A program made the translations under genes and the position numbers. Positions 36,101 to 51,100 of a DNA stretch of 59,614 nt are shown piece by piece (the first letter of the stretch is position 1; every line of letters starts with the position of its first letter). The notes below the pieces were generated by a model. That model was not told the DNA's origin. It was given only the letters and a program-made list of their open reading frames with translations, and searched no databases. Origin of the DNA: Nemertoderma westbladi (Eukaryota; Animalia; Xenacoelomorpha); NCBI GenBank assembly GCA_032718475.1, contig JAUCBJ010005225.1:1-59614 (forward strand). Direction: 5' to 3'.

Positions 36101-39100
36101 GAACAATATCTACAAGAAAAGGACGAACAAAGAGATAATTACAAAGTTAGTGAGATAGTTAGAACAATATCTACAAGAAAAGGACGAACAAAGAGATAAT
36201 TACAAAGTTAGTGAGATAGTTAGAACAATATCTTCAAGAAAAGGACGAACAAAGAGATAATTACAAAGTTAGTGAGATAGTTAGAGCAATATCTACAAGA
36301 AAGGGACGAACAAAGCGATAATTACAAAGTTAGTGAGATAGTTAGAACAATATCTACAAGAAAAGGACGAACAAAGAGATAATTACAAAGTTAGTGAGAT
36401 AGTTAGAACAATATCTACAAGAAAAGGACGAACAAAGAGATAATTACAAAGTTAGTGAGATAGTTAGAACAATATCTACAAGAAAAGGACGAACAAAGAG
36501 ATAATTACAAAGTTAGTGAGATAGTTAGAACAATATCTACAAGAAAAGGACGAACAAAGCGATAATTACAAAGTTAGTGAGATAGTTAGAACAATATCTA
36601 CAAGAAAAGGACGAACAAAGAGATAATTACAAAGTTAGTGAGATAGTTAGAACAATATCTACAAGAAAAGGACGAACAAAGAGATAATTACAAAGTTAGT
36701 GAGATAGTTAGAACAATATCTACAAGAAAAGGACGAACAAAGAGATAATTACAAAGTTAGTGAGATAGTTAGAACAATATCTACAAGAAAAGGACGAACA
36801 AAGAGATAATTACAAAGTTAGTGAGATAGTTAGAACAATATCTACAAGAAAAGGACGAACAAAGCGATAATTACAAAGTTAGTGAGATAGTTAGAACAAT
36901 ATCTACAAGAAAAGGACGAACAAAGAGATAATTACAAAGTTAGTGAGATAGTTAGAACAATATCTACAAGAAAAGGACGAACAAAGAGATAATTACAAAG
37001 TTAGTGAGATAGTTAGAACAATATCTACAAGAAAAGGACGAACAAAGAGATAATTACAAAGTTAGTGAGATAGTTAGAACAATATCTACAAGAAAAGGAC
37101 GAACAAAGAGATAATTACAAAGTTAGTGAGATAGTTAGAACAATATCTACAAGAAAAGGACGAACAAAGAGATAATTACAAAGTTAGTGAGATAGTTAGA
37201 ACAATATCTACAAGAAAAGGACGAACAAAGAGATAATTACAAAGTTAGTGAGATAGTTAGAACAATATCTACAAGAAAAGGACGAACAAAGAGATAATTA
37301 CAAAGTTAGTGAGATAGTTAGAACAATATCTACAAGAAAAGGACGAACAAAGAGATAATTACAAAGTTAGTGAGATAGTTAGAACAATATCTACAAGAAA
37401 AGGACGAACAAAGAGATAATTACAAAGTTAGTGAGATAGTTAGAACAATATCTACAAGAAAAGGACGAACAAAGAGATAATTACAAAGTTAGTGAGATAG
37501 TTAGAACAATATCTACAAGAAAAGGACGAACAAAGAGATAATTACAAAGTTAGTGAGATAGTTAGAACAATATCTACAAGAAAAGGACGAACAAAGAGAT
37601 AATTACAAAGTTAGTGAGATAGTTAGAACAATATCTACAAGAAAAGGACGAACAAAGAGATAATTACAAAGTTAGTGAGATAGTTAGAACAATATCTACA
37701 AGAAAAGGACGAACAAAGAGATAATTACAAAGTTAGTGAGATAGTTAGAACAATATCTACAAGAAAAGGACGAACAAAGAGATAATTACAAAGTTAGTGA
37801 GATAGTTAGAACAATATCTACAAGAAAAGGACGAACAAAGCGATAATTACAAAGTTAGTGAGATAGTTAGAACAATATCTACAAGAAAAGGACGAACAAA
37901 GAGATAATTACAAAGTTAGTGAGATAGTTAGAACAATATCTACAAGAAAAGGACGAACAAAGAGATAATTACAAAGTTAGTGAGATAGTTAGAACAATAT
38001 CTACAAGAAAAGGACGAACAAAGAGATAATTACAAAGTTAGTGAGATAGTTAGAACAATATCTACAAGAAAAGGACGAACAAAGAGATAATTACAAAGTT
38101 AGTGAGATAGTTAGAACAATATCTACAAGAAAAGGACGAACAAAGCGATAATTACAAAGTTAGTGAGATAGTTAGAACAATATCTACAAGAAAAGGACGA
38201 ACAAAGAGATAATTACAAAGTTAGTGAGATAGTTAGAACAATATCTACAAGAAAAGGACGAACAAAGAGATAATTACAAAGTTAGTGAGATAGTTAGAAC
38301 AATATCTACAAGAAAAGGACGAACAAAGAGATAATTACAAAGTTAGTGAGATAGTTAGAACAATATCTACAAGAAAAGGACGAACAAAGAGATAATTACA
38401 AAGTTAGTGAGATAGTTAGAACAATATCTACAAGAAAAGGACGAACAAAGAGATAATTACAAAGTTAGTGAGATAGTTAGAACAATATCTACAAGAAAAG
38501 GACGAACAAAGAGATAATTACAAAGTTAGTGAGATAGTTAGAACAATATCTACAAGAAAAGGACGAACAAAGCGATAATTACAAAGTTAGTGAGATAGTT
38601 AGAACAATATCTACAAGAAAAGGACGAACAAAGAGATAATTACAAAGTTAGTGAGATAGTTAGAACAATATCTACAAGAAAAGGACGAACAAAGCGATAA
38701 TTACAAAGTTAGTGAGATAGTTAGAACAATATCTACAAGAAAAGGACGAACAAAGAGATAATTACAAAGTTAGTGAGATAGTTAGAACAATATCTACAAG
38801 AAAAGGACGAACAAAGAGATAATTACAAAGTTAGTGAGATAGTTAGAACAATATCTACAAGAAAAGGACGAACAAAGAGATAATTACAAAGTTAGTGAGA
38901 TAGTTAGAACAATATCTACAAGAAAAGGACGAACAAAGCGATAATTACAAAGTTAGTGAGATAGTTAGAACAATATCTACAAGAAAAGGACGAACAAAGA
39001 GATAATTACAAAGTTAGTGAGATAGTTAGAACAATATCTACAAGAAAAGGACGAACAAAGAGATAATTACAAAGTTAGTGAGATAGTTAGAACAATATCT

Positions 39101-42100
39101 ACAAGAAAAGGACGAACAAAGCGATAATTACAAAGTTAGTGAGATAGTTAGAACAATATCTACAAGAAAAGGACGAACAAAGCGATAATTACAAAGTTAG
39201 TGAGATAGTTAGAACAATATCTACAAGAAAAGGACGAACAAAGAGATAATTACAAAGTTAGTGAGATAGTTAGAACAATATCTACAAGAAAAGGACGAAC
39301 AAAGAGATAATTACAAAGTTAGTGAGATAGTTAGATCAATATCTACAAGAAAAGGACGAACAAAGCGATAATTACAAAGTTAGTGAGATAGTTAGAGCAA
39401 TATCTACAAGAAAAGGACGAACAAAGAGATAATTACAAAGTTAGTGAGATAGTTAGAACAATATCTACAAGAAAAGGACGAACAAAGCGATAATTACAAA
39501 GTTAGTGAGATAGTTAGATCAATATCTACAAGAAAAGGACGAACAAAGAGATAATTACAAAGTTAGTGAGATAGTTAGAACAATATCTACGAGAAAAGGA
39601 CGAACAAAGCGATAATTACAAAGTTAGTGAGATAGTTAGAACAATATCTACAAGAAAAGGACGAACAAAGAGATAATTACAAAGTTAGTGAGATAGTTAG
39701 AACAATATCTACAAGAAAAGGACGAACAAAGCGATAATTACAAAGTTAGTGAGATAGTTAGATCAATATCTACAAGAAAAGGACGAACAAAGAGATAATT
39801 ACAAAGTTAGTGAGATAGTTAGAACAATATCTACGAGAAAAGGACGAACAAAGCGATAATTACAAAGTTAGTGAGATAGTTAGAACAATATCTACAAGAA
39901 AAGGACGAACAAAGAGATAATTACAAAGTTAGTGAGATAGTTAGAACAATATCTACAAGAAAAGGACGAACAAAGCGATAATTACAAAGTTAGTGAGATA
40001 GTTAGAACAATATCTACAAGAAAAGGACGAACAAAGCGATAATTACAAAGTTAGTGAGATAGTTAGAACAATATCTACAAGAAAAGGACGAACAAAGCGA
40101 TAATTACAAAGTTAGTGAGATAGTTAGAGCAATATCTACAAGAAAAGGACGAACAAAGAGATAATTACAAAGTTAGTGAGATAGTTAGAACAATATCTAC
40201 AAGAAAAGGACGAACAAAGCGATAATTACAAAGTTAGTGAGATAGTTAGAACAATATCTACAAGAAAAGGACGAACAAAGAGATAATTACAAAGTTAGTG
40301 AGATAGTTAGAACAATATCTACAAGAAAAGGACGAACAAAGAGATAATTACAAAGTTAGTGAGATAGTTAGAACAATATCTACAAGAAAAGGACGAACAA
40401 AGAGATAATTACAAAGTTAGTGAGATAGTTAGAACAATATCTACAAGAAAAGGACGAACAAAGCGATAATTACAAAGTTAGTGAGATAGTTAGAACAATA
40501 TCTACAAGAAAAGGACGAACAAAGCGATAATTACAAAGTTAGTGAGATAGTTAGAGCAATATCTACAAGAAAAGGACGAACAAAGCGATAATTACAAAGT
40601 TAGTGAGATAGTTAGAACAATATCTACAAGAAAAGGACGAACAAAGCGATAATTACAAAGTTAGTGAGATAGTTAGAGCAATATCTACAAGAAAAGGACG
40701 AACAAAGCGATAATTACAAAGTTAGTGAGATAGTTAGAGCAATATCTACAAGAAAAGGACGAACAAAGAGATAATTACAAAGTTAGTGAGATAGTTAGAG
40801 CAATATCTACAAGAAAAGGACGAACAAAGCGATAATTACAAAGTTAGTGAGATAGTTAGAACAATATCTACAAGAAAAGGACGAACAAAGCGATAATTAC
40901 AAAGTTAGTGAGATAGTTAGAACAATATCTACAAGAAAAGGACGAACAAAGCGATAATTACAAAGTTAGTGAGATAGTTAGAGCAATATCTACAAGAAAA
41001 GGACGAACAAAGAGATAATTACAAAGTTAGTGAGATAGTTAGAACAATATCTACAAGAAAAGGACGAACAAAGCGATAATTACAAAGTTAGTGAGATAGT
41101 TAGAGCAATATCTACAAGAAAAGGACGAACAAAGCGATAATTACAAAGTTAGTGAGATAGTTAGAACAATATCTACAAGAAAAGGACGAACAAAGCGATA
41201 ATTACAAAGTTAGTGAGATAGTTAGAGCAATATCTACAAGAAAAGGACGAACAAAGCGATAATTACAAAGTTAGTGAGATAGTTAGAGCAATATCTACAA
41301 GAAAAGGACGAACAAAGCGATAATTACAAAGTTAGTGAGATAGTTAGAGCAATATCTACAAGAAAAGGACGAACAAAGCGATAATTACAAAGTTAGTGAG
41401 ATAGTTAGAGCAATATCTACAAGAAAAGGACGAACAAAGAGATAATTACAAAGTTAGTGAGATAGTTAGAGCAATATCTACAAGAAAAGGACGAACAAAG
41501 CGATAATTACAAAGTTAGTGAGATAGTTAGAACAATATCTACAAGAAAAGGACGAACAAAGCGATAATTACAAAGTTAGTGAGATAGTTAGAACAATATC
41601 TACAAGAAAAGGACGAACAAAGCGATAATTACAAAGTTAGTGAGATAGTTAGAGCAATATCTACAAGAAAAGGACGAACAAAGAGATAATTACAAAGTTA
41701 GTGAGATAGTTAGAACAATATCTACAAGAAAGGGACGAACAAAGCGATAATTACAAAGTTAGTGAGATAGTTAGAGCAATATCTACAAGAAAAGGACGAA
41801 CAAAGAGATAATTACAAAGTTAGTGAGATAGTTAGAACAATATCTACAAGAAAAGGACGAACAAAGCGATAATTACAAAGTTAGTGAGATAGTTAGAACA
41901 ATATCTACAAGAAAAGGACGAACAAAGAGATAATTACAAAGTTAGTGAGATAGTTAGAACAATATCTACAAGAAAAGGACGAACAAAGCGATAATTACAA
42001 AGTTAGTGAGATAGTTAGATCAATATCTACAAGAAAAGGACGAACAAAGAGATAATTACAAAGTTAGTGAGATAGTTAGAACAATATCTACAAGAAAAGG

Positions 42101-45100
42101 ACGAACAAAGCGATAATTACAAAGTTAGTGAGATAGTTAGAGCAATATCTACAAGAAAAGGACGAACAAAGCGATAATTACAAAGTTAGTGAGATAGTTA
42201 GAACAATATCTACAAGAAAAGGACGAACAAAGCGATAATTACAAAGTTAGTGAGATAGTTAGAACAATATCTACAAGAAAAGGACGAACAAAGCGATAAT
42301 TACAAAGTTAGTGAGATAGTTAGAACAATATCTACGAGAAAAGGATGAACAAAGCGATAATTACAAAGTTAGTGAGATAGTTAGAACAATATCTACATGA
42401 AAAGGACGAACAAAGCGATAATTACAAAGTTAGTGAGATAGTTAGAACAATATCTACAAGAAAAGGACGAACAAAGCGATAATTACAAAGTTAGTGAGAT
42501 AGTTAGAACAATATCTACAAGAAAAGGACGAACAAAGAGATAATTACAAAGTTAGTGAGATAGTTAGAACAATATCTACAAGAAAAGGACGAACAAAGAG
42601 ATAATTACAAAGTTAGTGAGATAGTTAGAACAATATCTACAAGAAAAGGACGAACAAAGCGATAATTACAAAGTTAGTGAGATAGTTAGAGCAATATCTA
42701 CAAGAAAAGGACGAACAAAGCGATAATTACAAAGTTAGTGAGATAGTTAGAACAATATCTACAAGAAAAGGACGAACAAAGAGATAATTACAAAGTTAGT
42801 GAGATAGTTAGAACAATATCTACAAGAAAAGGACGAACAAAGCGATAATTACAAAGTTAGTGAGATAGTTAGAACAATATCTACAAGAAAAGGACGAACA
42901 AAGCGATAATTACAAAGTTAGTGAGATAGTTAGAACAATATCTACAAGAAAAGGACGAACAAAGAGATAATTACAAAGTTAGTGAGATAGTTAGAACAAT
43001 ATCTACAAGAAAAGGACGAACAAAGCGATAATTACAAAGTTAGTGAGATAGTTAGAACAATATCTACAAGAAAAGGACGAACAAAGCGATAATTACAAAG
43101 TTAGTGAGATAGTTAGAACAATATCTACAAGAAAAGGACGAACAAAGCGATAATTACAAAGTTAGTGAGATAGTTAGAACAATATCTACAAGAAAAGGAC
43201 GAACAAAGAGATAATTACAAAGTTAGTGAGATAGTTAGAACAATATCTACAAGAAAAGGACGAACAAAGCGATAATTACAAAGTTAGTGAGATAGTTAGA
43301 ACAATATCTACAAGAAAAGGACGAACAAAGCGATAATTACAAAGTTAGTGAGATAGTTAGAACAATATCTACAAGAAAAGGACGAACAAAGAGATAATTA
43401 CAAAGTTAGTGAGATAGTTAGAACAATATCTACAAGAAAAGGACGAACAAAGCGATAATTACAAAGTTAGTGAGATAGTTAGAACAATATCTACAAGAAA
43501 AGGACGAACAAAGCGATAATTACAAAGTTAGTGAGATAGTTAGAACAATATCTACAAGAAAAGGACGAACAAAGAGATAATTACAAAGTTAGTGAGATAG
43601 TTAGAACAATATCTACAAGAAAAGGACGAACAAAGCGATAATTACAAAGTTAGTGAGATAGTTAGAGCAATATCTACAAGAAAAGGACGAACAAAGCGAT
43701 AATTACAAAGTTAGTGAGATAGTTAGAGCAATATCTACAAGAAAAGGACGAACAAAGCGATTATTACAAAGTTAGTGAGATAGTTAGAGCAATATCTACA
43801 AGAAAAGGACGAACAAAGCGATAATTACAAAGTTAGTGAGATAGTTAGAGCAATATCTACAAGAAAAGGACGAACAAAGAGATAATTACAAAGTTAGTGA
43901 GATAGTTAGAACAATATCTACAAGAAAAGGACGAACAAAGAGATAATTACAAAGTTAGTGAGATAGTTAGAACAATATCTACAAGAAAAGGACGAACAAA
44001 GCGATAATTACAAAGTTAGTGAGATAGTTAGAACAATATCTACAAGAAAAGGACGAACAAAGAGATAATTACAAAGTTAGTGAGATAGTTAGAACAATAT
44101 CTACAAGAAAAGGACGAACAAAGCGATAATTACAAAGTTAGTGAGATAGTTAGAACAATATCTACAAGAAAAGGACGAACAAAGCGATAATTACAAAGTT
44201 AGTGAGATAGTTAGAACAATATCTACAAGAAAAGGACGAACAAAGCGATAATTACAAAGTTAGTGAGATAGTTAGAGCAATATCTACAAGAAAAGGACGA
44301 ACAAAGCGATAATTACAAAGTTAGTGAGATAGTTAGAACAATATCTACAAGAAAAGGACGAACAAAGAGATAATTACAAAGTTAGTGAGATAGTTAGAAC
44401 AATATCTACAAGAAAAGGACGAACAAAGAGATAATTACAAAGTTAGTGAGATAGTTAGAACAATATCTACAAGAAAAGGACGAACAAAGAGATAATTACA
44501 AAGTTAGTGAGATAGTTAGAACAATATCTACAAGAAAAGGACGAACAAAGAGATAATTACAAAGTTAGTGAGATAGTTAGAACAATATCTACAAGAAAAG
44601 GACGAACAAAGCGATAATTACAAAGTTAGTGAGATAGTTAGATCAATATCTACAAGAAAAGGACGAACAAAGAGATAATTACAAAGTTAGTGAGATAGTT
44701 AGAGCAATATCTACAAGAAAAGGACGAACAAAGAGATAATTACAAAGTTAGTGAGATAGTTAGAACAATATCTACAAGAAAAGGACGAACAAAGCGATAA
44801 TTACAAAGTTAGTGAGATAGTTAGATCAATATCTACAAGAAAAGGACGAACAAAGCGATAATTACAAAGTTAGTGAGATAGTTAGAGCAATATCTACAAG
44901 AAAAGGACGAACAAAGCGATAATTACAAAGTTGGTGAGATAGTTAGAGCAATATCTACAAGAAAAGGACGAACAAAGAGATAATTACAAAGTTAGTGAGA
45001 TAGTTAGAACAATATCTACAAGAAAAGGACGAACAAAGCGATAATTACAAAGTTGGTGAGATAGTTAGAGCAATATCTACAAGAAAAGGACGAACAAAGA

Positions 45101-48100
45101 GATAATTACAAAGTTAGTGAGATAGTTAGAACAATATCTACAAGAAAAGGACGAACAAAGCGATAATTACAAAGTTAGTGAGATAGTTAGATCAATATCT
45201 ACAAGAAAAGGACGAACAAAGAGATAATTACAAAGTTAGTGAGATAGTTAGAGCAATATCTACAAGAAAAGGACGAACAAAGAGATAATTACAAAGTTAG
45301 TGAGATAGTTAGAACAATATCTACAAGAAAAGGACGAACAAAGAGATAATTACAAAGTTAGTGAGATAGTTAGAACAATATCTACAAGAAAAGGACGAAC
45401 AAAGAGATAATTACAAAGTTAGTGAGATAGTTAGAACAATATCTACAAGAAAAGGACGAACAAAGAGATAATTACAAAGTTAGTGAGATAGTTAGAACAA
45501 TATCTACAAGAAAAGGACGAACAAAGAGATAATTACAAAGTTAGTGAGATAGTTAGAACAATATCTACAAGAAAAGGACGAACAAAGCGATAATTACAAA
45601 GTTAGTGAGATAGTTAGAACAATATCTACAAGAAAAGGACGAACAAAGCGATAATTACAAAGTTAGTGAGATAGTTAGAACAATATCTACAAGAAAAGGA
45701 CGAACAAAGCGATAATTACAAAGTTAGTGAGATAGTTAGAACAATATCTACAAGAAAAGGACGAACAAAGAGATAATTACAAAGTTAGTGAGATAGTTAG
45801 AACAATATCTACAAGAAAAGGACGAACAAAGAGATAATTACAAAGTTAGTGAGATAGTTAGAACAATATCTACAAGAAAAGGACGAACAAAGCGATAATT
45901 ACAAAGTTAGTGAGATAGTTAGATCAATATCTACAAGAAAAGGACGAACAAAGAGATAATTACAAAGTTAGTGAGATAGTTAGAGCAATATCTACAAGAA
46001 AAGGACGAACAAAGAGATAATTACAAAGTTAGTGAGATAGTTAGAACAATATCTACAAGAAAAGGACGAACAAAGAGATAATTACAAAGTTAGTGAGATA
46101 GTTAGAACAATATCTACAAGAAAAGGACGAACAAAGAGATAATTACAAAGTTAGTGAGATAGTTAGAACAATATCTACAAGAAAAGGACGAACAAAGAGA
46201 TAATTACAAAGTTAGTGAGATAGTTAGAACAATATCTACAAGAAAAGGACGAACAAAGAGATAATTACAAAGTTAGTGAGATAGTTAGAACAATATCTAC
46301 AAGAAAAGGACGAACAAAGCGATAATTACAAAGTTAGTGAGATAGTTAGAGCAATATCTACAAGAAAAGGACGAACAAAGAGATAATTACAAAGTTAGTG
46401 AGATAGTTAGAACAATATCTACAAGAAAAGGACGAACAAAGCGATAATTACAAAGTTAGTGAGATAGTTAGAACAATATCTACAAGAAAAGGACGAACAA
46501 AGAGATAATTACAAAGTTAGTGAGATAGTTAGAACAATATCTACAAGAAAAGGACGAACAAAGAGATAATTACAAAGTTAGTGAGATAGTTAGAACAATA
46601 TCTACAAGAAAAGGACGAACAAAGCGATAATTACAAAGTTAGTGAGATAGTTAGAACAATATCTACAAGAAAAGGACGAACAAAGCGATAATTACAAAGT
46701 TAGTGAGATAGTTAGAACAATATCTACAAGAAAGGACGAACAAAGCGATAATTACAAAGTTAGTGAGATAGTTAGAGCAATATCTACAAGAAAAGGACGA
46801 ACAAAGAGATAATTACAAAGTTAGTGAGATAGTTAGAACAATATCTACAAGAAAGGGACGAACAAAGCGATAATTACAAAGTTAGTGAGATAGTTAGAGC
46901 AATATCTACAAGAAAAGGACGAACAAAGAGATAATTACAAAGTTAGTGAGATAGTTAGAACAATATCTACAAGAAAAGGACGAACAAAGCGATAATTACA
47001 AAGTTAGTGAGATAGTTAGAACAATATCTACAAGAAAAGGACGAACAAAGCGATAATTACAAAGTTAGTGAGATAGTTAGAGCAATATCTACAAGAAAAG
47101 GACGAACAAAGAGATAATTACAAAGTTAGTGAGATAGTTAGAACAATATCTACAAGAAAAGGACGAACAAAGCGATAATTACAAAGTTAGTGAGATAGTT
47201 AGAGCAATATCTACAAGAAAAGGACGAACAAAGAGATAATTACAAAGTTAGTGAGATAGTTAGAACAATATCTACAAGAAAAGGACGAACAAAGCGATAA
47301 TTACAAAGTTAGTGAGATAGTTAGAACAATATCTACAAGAAAAGGACGAACAAAGAGATAATTACAAAGTTAGTGAGATAGTTAGAACAATATCTACAAG
47401 AAAAGGACGAACAAAGCGATAATTACAAAGTTAGTGAGATAGTTAGAGCAATATCTACAAGAAAAGGACGAACAAAGCGATAATTACAAAGTTAGTGAGA
47501 TAGTTAGAACAATATCTACAAGAAAAGGACGAACAAAGCGATAATTACAAAGTTAGTGAGATAGTTAGAGCAATATCTACAAGAAAAGGACGAACAAAGC
47601 GATAATTACAAAGTTAGTGAGATAGTTAGAACAATATCTACAAGAAAAGGACGAACAAAGAGATAATTACAAAGTTAGTGAGATAGTTAGAACAATATCT
47701 ACAAGAAAAGGACGAACAAAGCGATAATTACAAAGTTAGTGAGATAGTTAGAACAATATCTACAAGAAAAGGACGAACAAAGCGATAATTACAAAGTTAG
47801 TGAGATAGTTAGAGCAATATCTACAAGAAAAGGACGAACAAAGAGATAATTACAAAGTTAGTGAGATAGTTAGAACAATATCTACAAGAAAAGGACGAAC
47901 AAAGCGATAATTACAAAGTTAGTGAGATAGTTAGAACAATATCTACAAGAAAAGGACGAACAAAGCGATAATTACAAAGTTAGTGAGATAGTTAGAACAA
48001 TATCTACAAGAAAAGGACGAACAAAGCGATAATTACAAAGTTAGTGAGATAGTTAGAACAATATCTACAAGAAAAGGACGAACAAAGCGATAATTACAAA

Positions 48101-51100
48101 GTTAGTGAGATAGTTAGAGCAATATCTACAAGAAAAGGACGAACAAAGAGATAATTACAAAGTTAGTGAGATAGTTAGAACAATATCTACAAGAAAAGGA
48201 CGAACAAAGCGATAATTACAAAGTTAGTGAGATAGTTAGAACAATATCTACAAGAAAAGGACGAACAAAGAGATAATTACAAAGTTAGTGAGATAGTTAG
48301 AACAATATCTACAAGAAAAGGACGAACAAAGAGATAATTACAAAGTTAGTGAGATAGTTAGAACAATATCTACAAGAAAAGGACGAACAAAGCGATAATT
48401 ACAAAGTTAGTGAGATAGTTAGAACAATATCTACAAGAAAAGGACGAACAAAGCGATAATTACAAAGTTAGTGAGATAGTTAGAACAATATCTACAAGAA
48501 AAGGACGAACAAAGCGATAATTACAAAGTTAGTGAGATAGTTAGAGCAATATCTACAAGAAAAGGACGAACAAAGAGATAATTACAAAGTTAGTGAGATA
48601 GTTAGAACAATATCTACAAGAAAAGGACGAACAAAGCGATAATTACAAAGTTAGTGAGATAGTTAGAACAATATCTACAAGAAAAGGACGAACAAAGAGA
48701 TAATTACAAAGTTAGTGAGATAGTTAGAACAATATCTACAAGAAAAGGACGAACAAAGAGATAATTACAAAGTTAGTGAGATAGTTAGAACAATATCTAC
48801 AAGAAAAGGACGAACAAAGAGATAATTACAAAGTTAGTGAGATAGTTAGAACAATATCTACAAGAAAAGGACGAACAAAGCGATAATTACAAAGTTAGTG
48901 AGATAGTTAGAACAATATCTACAAGAAAAGGACGAACAAAGCGATAATTACAAAGTTAGTGAGATAGTTAGAACAATATCTACAAGAAAAGGACGAACAA
49001 AGAGATAATTACAAAGTTAGTGAGATAGTTAGAGCAATATCTACAAGAAAAGGACGAACAAAGCGATAATTACAAAGTTAGTGAGATAGTTAGAGCAATA
49101 TCTACAAGAAAAGGACGAACAAAGAGATAATTACAAAGTTAGTGAGATAGTTAGAACAATATCTACAAGAAAAGGACGAACAAAGAGATAATTACAAAGT
49201 TAGTGAGATAGTTAGAGCAATATCTACAAGAAAAGGACGAACAAAGCGATAATTACAAAGTTAGTGAGATAGTTAGAACAATATCTACAAGAAAAGGACG
49301 AACAAAGAGATAATTACAAAGTTAGTGAGATAGTTAGAACAATATCTACATGAAAAGGACGAACAAAGCGATAATTACAAAGTTAGTGAGATAGTTAGAA
49401 CAATATCTACAAGAAAAGGACGAACAAAGAGATAATTACAAAGTTAGTGAGATAGTTAGATCAATATCTACAAGAAAAGGACGAACAAAGAGATAATTAC
49501 AAAGTTAGTGAGATAGTTAGAACAATATCTACAAGAAAAGGACGAACAAAGAGATAATTACAAAGTTAGTGAGATAGTTAGAACAATATCTACAAGAAAA
49601 GGACGAACAAAGAGATAATTACAAAGTTAGTGAGATAGTTAGAACAATATCTACAAGAAAAGGACGAACAAAGAGATAATTACAAAGTTAGTGAGATAGT
49701 TAGAGCAATATCTACAAGAAAAGGACGAACAAAGCGATAATTACAAAGTTAGTGAGATAGTTAGAACAATATCTACAAGAAAAGGACGAACAAAGAGATA
49801 ATTACAAAGTTAGTGAGATAGTTAGAACAATATCTACAAGAAAAGGACGAACAAAGCGATAATTACAAAGTTAGTGAGATAGTTAGAGCAATATCTACAA
49901 GAAAAGGACGAACAAAGCGATAATTACAAAGTTAGTGAGATAGTTAGAACAATATCTACAAGAAAAGGACGAACAAAGAGATAATTACAAAGTTAGTGAG
50001 ATAGTTAGAGCAATATCTACAAGAAAAGGACGAACAAAGCGATAATTACAAAGTTAGTGAGATAGTTAGAACAATATCTACAAGAAAAGGACGAACAAAG
50101 AGATAATTACAAAGTTAGTGAGATAGTTAGAACAATATCTACAAGAAAAGGACGAACAAAGAGATAATTACAAAGTTAGTGAGATAGTTAGAACAATATC
50201 TACAAGAAAAGGACGAACAAAGAGATAATTACAAAGTTAGTGAGATAGTTAGAACAATATCTACAAGAAAAGGACGAACAAAGAGATAATTACAAAGTTA
50301 GTGAGATAGTTAGAACAATATCTACAAGAAAAGGACGAACAAAGAGATAATTACAAAGTTAGTGAGATAGTTAGAACAATATCTACAAGAAAAGGACGAA
50401 CAAAGCGATAATTACAAAGTTAGTGAGATAGTTAGAACAATATCTACAAGAAAAGGACGAACAAAGAGATAATTACAAAGTTAGTGAGATAGTTAGAACA
50501 ATATCTACAAGAAAAGGACGAACAAAGAGATAATTACAAAGTTAGTGAGATAGTTAGAACAATATCTACAAGAAAAGGACGAACAAAGCGATAATTACAA
50601 AGTTAGTGAGATAGTTAGAACAATATCTACAAGAAAAGGACGAACAAAGAGATAATTACAAAGTTAGTGAGATAGTTAGAACAATATCTACAAGAAAAGG
50701 ACGAACAAAGCGATAATTACAAAGTTAGTTAGATAGTTAGAACAATATCTACAAGAAAAGGACGAACAAAGAGATAATTACAAAGTTAGTGAGATAGTTA
50801 GAACAATATCTACAAGAAAAGGACGAACAAAGCGATAATTACAAAGTTAGTGAGATAGTTAGAACAATATCTACAAGAAAAGGACGAACAAAGAGATAAT
50901 TACAAAGTTAGTGAGATAGTTAGAACAATATCTACAAGAAAAGGACGAACAAAGAGATAATTACAAAGTTAGTGAGATAGTTAGAACAATATCTACAAGA
51001 AAAGGACGAACAAAGCGATAATTACAAAGTTAGTGAGATAGTTAGAACAATATCTACAAGAAAAGGACGAACAAAGAGATAATTACAAAGTTAGTGAGAT